Below are positions 1 to 12,851 of a DNA stretch of 64,000 nucleotides, piece by piece. Positions within the stretch are counted from its first letter, which is position 1; each line of letters starts with the position of its first letter. The stretch is from Octopus sinensis (Eukaryota): the NCBI RefSeq assembly GCF_006345805.1, contig NC_043021.1, positions 7,254,001-7,318,000 of the forward strand. The letters run 5' to 3'. Both the position numbers and the translations under genes were made by a program. The notes under the pieces are model-generated. The model was not told the DNA's origin, did no database searches, and worked only from the letters and a program-made list of their open reading frames with translations.

Positions 1-1299
1 AGAGGTGCAGCAATATCAAAGGAAGGCTAACTGGGAGGATAGTTTTTGTATGTGGCAGATGCTCGGGAGCTATAAAAAACACTGAAAATGTGCAGAGAAC
101 AACTTCCGCCACATTCCAAGGAGAAAAACTAGAAGTAGTTGATAGCTTCCGTTACCTAGGTGACCAAGTCAGTAGCAGGGGAGGGTGTGCTGAAAGTGTA
201 GCTGCTAGAATAAGAATAGCCTGGGCTAAGTTCAGAGAGCTCTTACCTTTGCTGGTGACAAAGAGCCCCTTGCTCAGAGTAAAAGCTAGACTGTACGATG
301 CATGTGTACGAACAGCCATGCTACATGGCAGTGAAACATAGGCCGTGACTGCTGAGGACATGTGTAAGCTCGCAAGGAATGAAGCCAGCATGCTCCGATG
401 GATGTGTAATGTCAGTGTGCATACTCGACAGAGTGTTAGTGCCCTGAGAGAAAGGTTGGACCTAAGAAGCATCAGACGTAGTGTGCAAGAGAGATGACTG
501 TGCTGGTACGGTCATGTGGCGAGAATGGATGTGGATAGCTGTGTGAAATAGTGCCACAACCTAGCAGTTGAGGGAACCTGTGGAAGAGGTAGACCCAGGA
601 AGACCTGGGATGAGGTGGTGAAGCATGACCTTCAAACATTGGGCCTCATCGAGGCAATGACTAGTGACCAGGACCTCTGGAAATATACTGTGCTTGAGAA
701 GACTCGGCAAGCGCAAGTGAGACCATAACCTTGTGGCCTATGCCAGGGGTGTAACCAGTTCACTTATGCATGCCTTTCCTTCATTGGACACTAAACTCTG
801 CTTGCGAAGACCTGTTGAGTCAAGTGAAATCAAAATCGGTGACTGGCATCCGTTGCTAGTGGAGTGCTAAGAGTACCATACAAGTGAAATTGTTGCCAGA
901 GCAACAAGCTGGCCTCCGTGCCGATGGCATGTTAAAAACACCATTCGAGTGTGATCGTTACTTGCGTCGCGTTACTAGCACTTGTGCTGGTGGCATGTGA
1001 AAAAACATTCAAGCGAGATCATTGCCAGTGCCGCTGGACTGGCTCCTGCGCAGGTGGCACATAAAAAGCACCATTTGAGTGTGACCGCAGCCAGTGCCGC
1101 CCGATTGGCCCTCATGCTGGTGGCACGTTAAAGGTACCCACTACACTCTCGGAGTGGTTGGCGTTAGTAAGGGCATCAAGCTGTAGAAACTCTGCCAGAT
1201 CAGATTGGAGTCTGGTGCAGCCATCTGGTTTGCCAGACCTCAGTCAAATTGTCCAACCCATGCTAGCATGGAAAGCGGACGTTAAACAATGATGATGAT
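1..1299 (+). mobile_element. RTE-clade LINE, 3' portion (decayed C-terminal ORF region plus 3'UTR and (GAT)n tail)
   Basis: Frame 3..728 reads ...YLGDQVS..GG..AARIRIAWAKFRELL..RLYDACVRTAMLHGSET*..MLRWMC..L(R)WYGHVARM..GRGRPRKTW.., typical of the RTE C-terminal region. In-frame stops at 339 (TAG), 495 (TGA) and 549 (TAG). Ends ..gcatggaaagcggacgttaaacaatgatgatgat. Confidence 0.9.
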
Positions 1300-1313
1300 A
1301 TATATATATAACA

Positions 1314-1527
1314 CAAAAGGGTGCTGAAAAGTTCCTGGCTTTAAGAGTATCATGAAAGGCCTGGTTGGAGGCCCAACCTTCCGAGTTCTTTTACAGGGCT
1401 AAGAAAAACTGAAGGACCACTGCAACAAGTGTGTGAATTTGAGAGGGGAATATGTTGAATAAAAGCTTAACTGATCCTCCTGTATTTTCTTTTACACAAA
1501 GGTAGGAACTTTTCAGCACCCCTTGAA
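1314..1527 (+). mobile_element. Mariner-derived MITE (internally deleted)
   Basis: Inverted termini aagggtgctgaaaagttcct / aggaacttttcagcacccctt. Interior retains a transposase C-terminal remnant (..KDHCNKCVNLRGEYVE*). Second copy at 17626-17847. Confidence 0.8.
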
Positions 1528-1993
1528 TATAAACAAATACATGTGTAAATAGCTATACACATACACATGCATTCACTCAGGCATTATTCAATATATACAC
1601 AGTAATCCTTCACCATATTGCGATTTATTATTTAAGCTTATGTATTGTTTTGCATTCATAATAAAATAAACATATACAAATTATAAAAATGTAAAAAAAT
1701 ATACAGTACAATACTGTTTCTACTTCGTGGATTATCACCTATCGCAGGTTTTTTCTTAATGCAACACCTGTGATAGTCGAGGGATTACTGTGTGTATATA
1801 TATATATATTATATATATATATTTATTTATTATTATTATATATATATATATTATATATATATAATTATATATTATATATATATTATATATATTTATAAAG
1901 AGATGCATACATTTTTTTTTTTAATGAAACATTGTCATCAAGTAATGACAAATAAATAAATATGACAATTTTTTTCACATATTTTTGAAAATA

Positions 1994-2026
<33 letters not shown>

Positions 2027-3246
2027 CATTATCTCTGTACCTCTCTTTCTTGAAAGTCTTTGGTTTGATTTCATGATTTGTTTTTGATATTTTTAGATTA
2101 TTATTGAAATTCAATAAATAAATATATGAATTAGTAAACAGTATACGGAGATAAATATCTCTTCTCTCTCTCTCTCTCTCTCTTCTTGAATAATAATCAT
2201 TACAGTATTATCAATAAAGTAATAAAAGGGTTATAAATTATAAACAAACATACAAAACAAAGGCTATACTGCTTTTTATACCATGTATATATATATATAT
2301 ATATATACACCACATACATACATATATATACACACATATATACATACACACATATATATGTACATATACATATATAAACAAATTAGAGATACAATTGACA
2401 ATCCAATAATTTATTTATATTATAACATAATATACTATAAATATAAGATAACAAACAATTATTAAATAACCACTAACTGTTTGTGTTATATTATATTATA
2501 TTCGTAGTATATTATAATATAAATAAATTATTGAATTGTCAATTGTACCTCTGTAATTTGTTTGTAATTTGAATTATATTTATATGGTATTCAACTGATG
2601 TACTGGTGAACTGGATGTTTTACACACCCTTTCAAAGTAATTTTTTTTTTACTTAGTTTGTTACTTAATAGATATATACATATATAAATGGGTAATGCAT
2701 GCATATACATATATATATATATATATACATAATTTTTTTCTGTCCATGTTCATGCCACTGGCTGCTCTAAATTATTTTTCTTAGCTCATTTGGTTTAAAT
2801 TATTGCTAAGGACCCTACAATGTTTCCTGCTCATTTCGTTTTTGTCTTAGTATCTTCAGAGACAAATGGCATGTCAGTTTCAGAGAATTTGAGATTTTTT
2901 TCCCTCTTCCTATTTGGAGTTGGTTACAATCGTCATAAGGGATTAGTTTAATCTTCTCCTATGGGAAGAAATTTTTCAATAATTCAAGAACATATCTTGT
3001 AATATATATAATATACTTTTGTTTTTATTGTGTATATAAGCCTAATTTGGAAGAGGCTGGAAGTTATTAGCAGAAGAGGGTAAAGGATTATAGGTGATTA
3101 AATAGATCCCAGTACTTAGCTGGTAATTATTACATAAACCCCATAATGAAAGATGAAAAGCAAAGAATTAGGTTTGGTCAGATTTGAACTCAGAATGTAA
3201 GAACTGCTATTGAATTATTAGATTTGTTTGTCGTTTTTCTTGTCGG

Positions 3247-3627
3247 ACATGGCTGCATGTGAAGAAGCTCACTTCCCAACCACATGGTTCCAAGTTCAGT
3301 CCCACTGCATGGTACTTTGGGCAAATGTCTTCTACTATAGCCTCAGGCTGACCAAATCCTTGTGAGTGGATTTGTTAGACAGAAACTGAATGAAGCCCAT
3401 CATATATGTGTGTCTGTGTCACCCACCACCACTTGGTAATTGGTATTGGTGTGTTTATGTCCTCATAACTTAACAGCTCAACAAAAGAGACCAATAGAAT
3501 AATTACCAGGCTTAAAAAAAAAAAAAAAAAAAAAAAAAAGAAAAAATACTGGGGTTGATTCATTTGGCTAAAAGCTCATGGCGGTGCCCCAGCATGGCTG
3601 CAGTCTAATGACTGAAACAAGTAAAAG
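3247..3627 (+). mobile_element. tRNA-derived SINE family A (CORE-like), CpG-decayed copy
   Basis: Colinear with the better-preserved copies at 37630-38032 and 53597-54005. Confidence 0.8.
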
Positions 3628-4144
3628 CCGTAATTTATATGGGAGCAAGATTGTTTATTGAGCTGTTGAATGTGTGTGTATATTATGTGTATATGTGTGT
3701 CACTATGGATGAGCCAAGTGTTTATATACACATGCATGTGCTAGTATGTATATATAAACAAGGTTGTGTACATGGATGATGTTAAGCATTTTTCCAGATG
3801 ACCTATCTTCTGAAACGTTCCAATCATCTGCTTTAATGACTTTACCAGATGATGGTTGTATTATGTTAGCAGAAGATGAATCTTTAACATTAAAATTGCT
3901 GGAAAAAAAAGTTCAACATTTTCCTTTCTTGTCAAGAATGTGTCATTTATATGGATATATTTAGCCACATGCTCAACAGGCCTCTGCAGTTTCTGTTAAT
4001 CAAATTTCTCACATATAGTTTTGACTAACCTGAACTACAGTAGAACACACTTTGCCCAAGGTGCTGTATTTTCAAAGAATTGAACCTAGAACTACATAGC
4101 TGTGAAGCCAATTTCTTAACTATATAACTATATCTGTACCTATC

Positions 4145-4358
4145 TTAACCCTTTTGCATTCAGATTATTCTGTCAAATGTAAAGCTCATCTTTTCATACT
4201 GTTTTGAATTAATCAAGTGTTACCTCATAACTGAGGTTTTGATAATGTGATTGTTTATTTTTAAAATGATATTGTAGCATAGGTCCGTGAGGTCAGATTT
4301 GACTGGTTTGAACATAAAACAGGTAGAATATTTGAGTCAGATATGGCTAGTTTAAACA
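4145..4358 (+). mobile_element. piggyBac-like MITE (TTAA-CCC end)
   Basis: Starts TTAACCCTTTTGCATTCAG. Homologous copies at 5549-5718 (+, deleted) and 30366-30565 (-, ends AGGGTTAA). Confidence 0.6.
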
Positions 4359-5548
4359 GTTGTAAGAGTTTCCTACATTTAAAAATGGAGGAAGCATACC
4401 ACACCTCATACCATCCACGAGAAATGAATATATGAAAAATATATAAATCAAACGAAATAACCGATGGCGTGTGTGTATATGCATGGTTGAAACTGTCTAA
4501 TTTAACAGCCGATGGATTGGTTCCTGTGAAATTAGTTAAAAGGGTTTTGTTTTTTTAAGAAAGTACCATACATAAGCAGGCAAACTTGTTAGAAGTGGGT
4601 GGTTTACTAGAGTTTTAAAAGAGAAAAGGTCAATGGTTCACATTCCAACACCAAAGAGGTTTCCAGGCAAGAAGATGTAAGAAGATATGTAGTGTAACTT
4701 CTTTTGGTTCTTAGGCCTGTCCTACTAAGCCATACATAGGTAACACAATGCTGCACTGGTGGGGGAGATTATGCTCCGTTACCATTGTAAGCACTTTTTA
4801 ATAGATAGGTATCTTGTTGGTTTCCACTTAAGGGAAGCAGTATGTCTAGATAAAAGATACGGTGGCAGTAGAGGAGAGGTGAACCCTTCTCCCTCTCTAC
4901 CCTACTTTCCTCTTTGAATCAATGTACCAATACATTGTTTTAGCTACAGGTCAACCCTAATTGAGCTGATCTTGTAATCAAAATTGTTCCTGCCATGACC
5001 ACCCTCTCTTTACATGGCAATGTAGGATGACTGTTGTTTAATTAGTCATAGACATGTTGGTTTCCTGATCACATGATTTTGGGTTCTATCTCACTGCTTG
5101 GCACTTTGGGCAAGTGTCTGCTACAAGAGCTATGCTTTGACCAAAGCCTTGTGAGTGATAGAAACTGAAAACGGCCCATTGCATGTGTGCATATGTATAT
5201 GTACACACATACCATCATCATGTGTGTAAGTTCAAGAGATATTTGGTCACTATTTCTAGCAGGTCAAGCAAACACAGAAAAAGCATCTCACACTGACTCA
5301 TGACATCTACAGGGCAGTGTAATGTGGTGGGGTTTGGTACACTAAGATCAATTGACTGAAACTTTTGAAAAATTTAGATGATGTAAATGGGTAAGGATCT
5401 GGTTTTTAAAAGCCAACTAGTTTTGCATTAAGACATTACAATAGGGATAACAAAAAAGAAATTTAAAAAATTCACTGTTGTTGGATACCAATTCCACAAG
5501 GAGAAAAAAAAGAACTTAAAGAATTGGTGTAAAAAAAAAAAACTTCAT

Positions 5549-5718
5549 TTAACCCTTTAGCATTCAGATTACCCCGTCAAATGTAATGCTTATTTATTCA
5601 CATAGTTTTGAATTAATTATGCATTATTTTGGAGCTTTGAGATTTCAATGATGTGATTATTTTGAAAATGATTTTGTAGAGCAAGTATCAGAAGCCAGGT
5701 TAAATGCTTATGGGTTGA
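5549..5718 (+). mobile_element. piggyBac-like MITE, internally deleted copy
   Basis: TTAACCCTTTAGCATT...AATGCTTATGGGTTGA inverted ends; same family as 4145-4358. Confidence 0.6.
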
Positions 5719-7019
5719 AGGGTACTTACAAAATACTGATTTATACAATAGCTTGATTTTTTTACTATAAGTTGTTCTTGCAAAAAAAAAAAAAACAAAA
5801 AAAAAAACAGGAAGAAGAAGACGAAGGAGAGAGAGGGAGAGAGAGAGGGAGAGAGAGAGAGAAAGAGAGAGAAAATGTCGCCAAGTGTTATGTGAAAGGA
5901 GAAGGGCCATCATCTGACATGCATCATATGGTCGTGTTGGTTTATTGCTTTTTTTTTCCTTGAAGTTATGAAATGAATAAAGTTACTTTTTATTTTATCA
6001 TTTTGTTTTCAGTCATAGATGTTTAAAAAGGACTATTTTTTTTGGTCTAACAGTACTTTCAAGTTGCTTTGTTCCGTTTGTTTCTGTTTCAACAAACATC
6101 GTTAAGTTATATATTTCAATTTTTTATTTTATTTAATTTTGTTTGATTAGAGTAAATTTTGCATGTATGTGCCTGGCCATATGAATAGGTGCCTTTTTTT
6201 TTGCTTTTTACTATTTAAAGTCTTTACCAGTTGTCTGTCTATATTGGTTTTGTACATGTGTATGATTGATCAAAGCTTGAAAGGGTTTTACACTTTTGTT
6301 CAAAGTATAAAAAAAAGCTATAACTTAAAATTTAAAAAGGGATTAAAACTTCAGCAATTTCAGTAATATTCCAAAAAAAAATCTCAAAATAAGATAAGAG
6401 CACTGAAACAGATAAAATGTTCATTTTAATATATACATATACACATATGTACACACACATATACATGTGTATTGTTTTATATAAAATTTTAAGAATTAAA
6501 AAATATTTTAAAAATCATTTTGAAAAACCCTCTCAAGAGACATACATATATATTGCGCACAAAAAAATGAAAAGCGTTGAACAAATAAACACTGAAACAA
6601 AAAAAACAAAAAAGGGAAAATATTTGAAGTATTTGCTATTTCCTTGTTTGTATATTAAGATGATGATGATGGTGGCAGCCATAGTTCTGGGAGTGGGGGA
6701 ATAGTTGCAATCTTCATATCAATAAATAACATTATCAAGGTAGTGACCTAATAGAATCATTAGAGCAACAGACAAAATGCCATGTAGTATTTCCTCTAGC
6801 TCTTTGAGTTTAGAGTTCTAATCCTGCTGAGGTCAACTTTGACTTTCATCCCTCTAAGACAACAAAATTAACCTTTAGCACACTGTAGATGCATCATGTT
6901 AACGTGTGAATTTTCTTCCCTCTCAATGAGACACAATGCACCTGCAGCTAGATGAGAAAACTTGTACAGTGCCATTATGTGCCTAAGCATGTTAAAAGTT
7001 TAAAGGGTAAAGGTGAAAA

Positions 7020-7330
7020 CCCACCTTAGGCATGAATGATCATGGGATTGCACCTAGAAAGTTCCCTTCCAAGGCATAAGTCTGGGCAAGGTTGTTTAGG
7101 GAAGACCAGTAGTCACACATGCATACCAGCCTCCCCTCTGCATGCCACTGATATTATCCAAAGGCTGATACAGCTTGGCACCAATGACATTGCAACTCAT
7201 TTCTATCACTGGGTGAACTGGAGACATGTGAAATAAAGTGTCTTGCTCAAGAACACAACACACAGCCTGGCCCAGGAATCAAACTCACTACCTCATGATT
7301 GTGAGCATTTTGCTCTAACCACTGAGCCAG
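7020..7330 (-). mobile_element. tRNA-derived SINE family C, CpG-decayed copy
   Basis: Reverse complement of the family at 53029-53360 (aagtgtcttgctcaagaacacaac core). Confidence 0.75.
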
Positions 7331-8290
7331 GTACCTTCTAAAAGTTAAGTACCAGGCAAGTACTGGGGTCGATATAATTAACTTTTCCCTTCCCCTCAAA
7401 AATTGCTGGCCTTGTACCAATATTAGAATTATTATTATTATTACTAATTTCTTACACTATGTCACAAATCTCAGGGAAACTGAATGTGGTGCATAAAATT
7501 GATTGTAGACTGATACCCCTGCCTCCAAATGAAGGAGCAAAATTCCTATTTCATATCCTGCTATAGGGTGGGTTGGTAAAATAAAGTACCAATTATATAA
7601 TGGTATCAAATATGTTCCTTCCAACAAACTTCTAGGCTTCGTGCTAATGTCAGAAACATTATTATTACTATCAAATTCTGCTGGGGTCAACTTTGCCTTT
7701 CATCCTTTTGGAGTTGATAAAATAAATACCAGTTGAGTTCTGGGTTCAATGTAATCAATTTACCCCCTTTCCTGAAAATGCTATGCTTGTGCCAAAATTT
7801 GAAGCCATTATTATTCTCATTAAAATGGTAAGCTGGTAGAGTTGTTAGGGTATTAGAAGAAATTCTTTGTAATATTTCTCCTGTTCTACATTCTGAGTTC
7901 AAATCCAACTGAGGCCAACTTTACTTTCCATGCTTCCAGTCCCAAGAAAGTGAAGTACCAGAGTTGATGTTATCCTCTCACCTCAGAATTCCTGTCCTTG
8001 CGTCTAAGTCAGAAACCATTTATTATTATTAAGGTAGCAAGCTGGCAAAATTGTTTGAGCTTTGGTAAGTGCTTTGCAATTTTGCCTTCTTTCCGTCTTT
8101 CATCAATAAACTAAAGTACCAGTCAAGTACTGGGATCAATGCTATTGACTAACCCACATATCTTCTGAATTACTGGCCTTGTACCAAAATCAAAAATATT
8201 TATTATAAAGAAATATTTTGCTTTAGTGGCATCAGGTAATTGTTGAATAATGCATGTGTGTACATGTGTAAATGAGAATGTGAATTTGTG

Positions 8291-8670
8291 CATCATCATC
8301 ATTTCATTTAGCTGCTGCTTTCCATGCTGATATGGGTTAGATATGGTTTCCATACTGATATGGGTTTGACACAAAATAGTAAGCTGGAGAGCTGTGTAAG
8401 GTTCCAATATAATTTGGCATGGTTTCTATGACTGGATGCCCTTCCCAATGCCAACCACTCCAAGAGTGTAATGGGTACCTTTTATGTGCTACCAGCACAG
8501 GTGCCAGTTATGTGATGCCAGCATTGGACACAACTACAATTTCACTTGGCTTGACAAGTCTTCTCAAGCATTGCATATTGCCAAAGGCCTTGGTCACTTA
8601 TCATTGCCTCTGTGGGGTCCACCATTTGAAAGGTGCTTTTTATGTGCCACTGGCATGGATGCCTGTTATG
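8291..8670 (-). mobile_element. RTE LINE 3'UTR fragment
   Basis: Reverse complement of the tail at 1130-1299 (catcatcatc...ccatgctg...ggatgcccttcc..aaccactcc.agagtgta.tgggtacc). Confidence 0.75.
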
Positions 8671-9580
8671 TGACACTGGCATGGCTAATATATTTGGGAT
8701 TTTTAATAATTTCCACAACTCCTCAGGTATTACACCTAGATGATGATTATAGTGTTTTCCATTGCATTTTATAACAACTAAATAGTCCTCAATTGTACAG
8801 AGGCTAGTTTGTGTATGTGTAGGAAGTGATTTTAGGTGATAAATCAACTTTAACCCCAGTACATTTCTGGTACTACATTTTAATCAACTCCAGTAAGACT
8901 TGAATGCAGGACTCTAACCACATTCTATAATTCCCCAAACTATTCCAATACTCCTAATATTTTTAGCAATGAACACAAGGCCCCGAATATTTGGGGAAAT
9001 TGTATAATCAATTAGATGGGCTCCAGGTACTTGACTGATACTAATTCTTTTACTAACTCCAAGAATGACCAAGAGCAATGTTGAGTCAAGTAGGATTTGA
9101 AGCCTGAAATCCCAGTGCTTCTGCTCTTCTGTTTCATTAATAGAAGACCTGAAACCCCATCATAGAACGTTTGCATGATGTATATAATTAAGGTACAGAA
9201 AAGTCTGCCATACTCCAGAATGTAAAGATCAAATACTAAGAATGTTAAGATCTAGAACAAATTCCACAAAATATTTTGTTTGATACTCTAAAAATTCTAC
9301 TCGTCGATAGCTTTCCATAGGAATTTTGATTTATCAACCTAAAAAGGCTGAAAAACTAAGTTAAACCAAGTCTTTCATAACTCCATTCATAGCTAATATG
9401 CTTTATAAGAATATTAAATCAATAACCTAGTATTTGATTGGTATTTTTTAGTTTGATCGAATGAAAGGGAAACATGATCTTGGCAAGATTGAACTCGGAA
9501 AATAAATAGCTAGAACAAATGCTGTAGAGTTTTTTTTATGTAATATGTGAACAAAACATAGCCAATCCATTGCTCTAGAC

Positions 9581-9899
9581 CAGGGTTCAGCAAAGCAGGG
9601 TAAATTATCCCAAGTGGGGTAAAAATGAAATTCTTGGGGGTAATGAAGACTCATATAAGTAAAATTATATAAAAAAATATGTTCTTTGTTACCACAGGAA
9701 TTTTTCTTCTGGCAGCACTGCATCTGTCCAAAGTAGTGGACATGTAAATAGATTCATATAAATAGATTCGATAAAATAGATTCAATAAACCTTTTGAATT
9801 CAAAGAATCTATGATTTTCTTCTTTTCAAATCGAGTGGGTAATGTCAGCATAAATAAATATATTTTGAGGCAATTGGTTAAAAAGGTTCCCCAACCCTG
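9581..9899. mobile_element. hAT (Charlie-like) MITE with 8-bp TSD
   Basis: Ends CAGGGTT.../...AACCCTG flanked by CTCTAGAC (9573-9580) and TTCTAGAC (9900-9907). NTCTAGAN is the known Charlie-type target preference. Confidence 0.75.
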
Positions 9900-10106
9900 T
9901 TCTAGACTGTCACTTTATTCCACAAACTTTGGAAGGATGAAAGTCAAATGTAACTTCATGAGGATATGAACTCAGAATGGAAAGAGCAACAGCATACAAT
10001 GTAATTTGTGCTATGCTACCCCTTTTAAAATGATAAAACTAAATATTTCTTAATTCATCTAGCTTGACTATCTGCTTTCCCTGCCACAACACCACAGAGA
10101 TGAGGA

Positions 10107-10153
<47 letters not shown>

Positions 10154-11119
10154 TTCTTACATAAGCAGAAGGTCAGAAATCTGGGGTGAGGAAGAATTAG
10201 CTGATTAAATGGATCCCAGAACCTGACTGCTAATTTATTATATGGACCTTTGAAGAACAACAAAAGGCAAAAAGTTAACCTTGCCATGGCAGGATTTTAA
10301 CACAGAAGATACAGAGTTATGAGATACAAAGGATTTTGTCAAATACTCTAATGATTCCACCAATCCACTCCTAATCTAGGCTTAAGGCCACAAATTTTTT
10401 TTTTGTTTTTGTTTTTTTGAAGAATTGTAGAATAACTGATTACATAAAGCCCAGAATTTGAAGAATACAAACACGAAGATATATTACTGAAACTCACACT
10501 TCGAGCCTGCACTAGAAGGATGACCACATGATAGAATTACAATTCAGAACATTAAATTACAAAGATAACGTTTATCAAACACTTTGTTCTGACACAATTG
10601 CTCCTGCCCTAGAGATGAAGGTGATGATGATAATCCTAATTTTGGTAACATATATTAGATTTTTAAAAATGTGACAAAGAAAGCCACAATTGCAGTCCTG
10701 TAGCAGTGGAAGGACATTGTCAGTTGGTAAGGATTATAAACAGACCGGTTCAAATACTAGATATTGCACCCACCCGTATCATTTTCATATAGGGATATTA
10801 CATCATATATATATAGGAGACACACACACATCTATGCACGAGTATGTATGTGTGTGTATATATATATGCACGTGTGTGTATGTATATATACATACACACA
10901 CATACGTACATACAAACACACATATACACCTTTTTCATGTTATAGTTATTACACACACACACACATTTATGTGACAATTATCATACACACACATTATATA
11001 TATTATATATATATATATAAGAGTAGTGATTGCTAAGGTGGTAGTAACAGTAGATTACATAAACATACCACATTTGTTAGCTAATAGGTTAAACAAAATT
11101 TACAAATAATTTTCATACA

Positions 11120-11134
11120 TTTAATATATTTAAT
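11120..11134 (-). terminator. Candidate polyadenylation signals (two ATTAAA) for the P450 transcript
   Basis: Minus-strand ATTAAA at 11125-11120 and 11134-11129, ~660 nt after the stop codon. I saw no canonical AATAAA nearer. AT-rich context makes chance occurrence likely. Confidence 0.3.
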
Positions 11135-11790
11135 ATAGGGATACATTCTATATTTGTAACTTATCCACATTACATGCATACAGCACAAATGTAAGTATAT
11201 ATCACATACAAATATGCATAAGGTTATGAGTGTGTGTATATGTGCATGTATGCACATATATGGTTATTTATATGCGACCGTGTATCTATATACAAATGTG
11301 TGTATGCATGTACATGTGTATGTGTACATGAGTCTGTATGTGTGTGTTTATATATATATATATACACACACACATTCAAACATACATGTACAAAAGTATC
11401 TATATGCATGTAGATACAAAAACACTTAAATGCGTGTGTGTGTGTGCCTATATATTTCTATATACAAGTTTGTTTTTATATATTTGTATACTCATGTTTC
11501 TATGTATGTGCTACTTTTTATGCACATATGTAACAAAATATACACATAAAAATACAGAAAAGGAAATGCATTTTTCTAAAATTTCAACACTCATTATTTG
11601 ACTGTGATGGTGTTTAACCATGCTGTGTTATGATAGTTCACTGCTGTATTGTATTGTGACTATACAATTTTGTTTATAGTCTTGAGCTTTTTGTGTTGGC
11701 TCCTCTTCTTTGTTTTTTGCTTTTTTCACCACCTCCTTTTGTCTCATTCTTCCTTCAGTCATCATCATTGCCATCATTGTGATGCATGCA

Positions 11791-11975
11791 TTATCTTTGT
11801 CTTCGGTTGATTTGTATTCTAAATGGATGAGGCATGTTGGTGATGCCAAACACCCCTTTCAGAGGTGGTAACTCATCACCAGCTGCACATGTGAAAGTAA
11901 ACTGTTGCAACATTCCAGACAGGAAAAGGAACAACTCTGATTTGGCCAGTGGTTCTCCGAGACAGCTTCGTTTAC
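11791..11975 (-). CDS. Cytochrome P450 clan 2, coding exon 4 (heme-binding, terminal)
   Basis: Acceptor ttctttgtag|GT; phase 1 completes Gly. Reads (G)KRSCLGEPLAKSELFLFLSGMLQQFTF...RRQR, TAA at 11793-11791. Joined to exon 3 gives PFFVGKRSCLGE (FxxGxRxCxG). Confidence 0.96.
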
Positions 11976-12047
11976 CTACAAAGAACACAAAGATAATGCT
12001 GTTATTAAGAAATCATTATACCTATTATTATTATATTACATTATTAT

Positions 12048-12245
12048 TAAGGTGGCAAGCCTGCAGAAATGTTAGTATGCAAGGCAAAATGCTTAGTGGC
12101 ATTTTGTCCAGCCTTACATTCTGAGTTCAGATTCTGCTCAGATCAACTTTGTCTTTCATCTTTTCAGGGTCGATGAAATATGTACTGGGGTTGATGTAAT
12201 CAACTAGGCCCTCCCCACAAAATTCAGGACTTGTGCTTGTAGTAG
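12048..12245 (+). mobile_element. SINE family B copy in intron 3, almost all CpGs converted to TpG/CpA
   Basis: Colinear with 29897-30090 and 59102-59325 but with one CpG left. Confidence 0.8.
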
Positions 12246-12851
12246 GAAGGATTATTATTAATGTTATTATTTCAACATAGGTTTGTAAGTTGATGTGTGT
12301 TTAACACCTCGATATTTGGCTGTGATGGTGTTTAACCATGCTATGTTTTGGCAGTACACTGTTGTATTGTATTGTATTGTGACTGAGCAGCTTTGTTTGT
12401 AGTCTTCCAGCAAGTTTTTTTGGTGGTTCCTCCTCTTCCTTTTGTTTATCATTATAGCAAATATTCTGGTCACTACCACAGATTTGCCTGTTGGTTGCTT
12501 GATCTTAACCACTTGAGCATGTCCCTTAATGGCTGACAATATGTGCATCTCTGGTCATGAGCAGAAGTAATGGGGGAGCATCATAACCATGTGTTGAGAG
12601 GGATTCTTTGGGGGTTTGAGAATGTAACAAAAGCAAAGTTTGAAGAAAATATTAGTTATTTTTTCATACTTTCTAGGGGTAAGCAAATAGGAAATAACAG
12701 TTGCTACCCAAGGACAAAAACTGTGTTACACAGTGCATTTGTTGATACCTCAACCACAATCCAATAAACCCCAACAAACACTGAATATCAATCAAAACAA
12801 GGTTTCAAAATAAAGAAAAAGCATGATTGAAACTCGAAAATATCAACTTAC

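Noticed and set aside
3790-3964. 66-aa ORF after a plausible acceptor, and a CAGATGA...GAAACG hammerhead-like string
   Set aside because: No recognisable protein similarity; the core is mutated and stem II does not pair.
12470-12800. Alternative (duplicated) heme exon in intron 3
   Set aside because: The minus-strand frames I translated upstream of the UTR-like copy showed no GxRxCxG or other P450 similarity.
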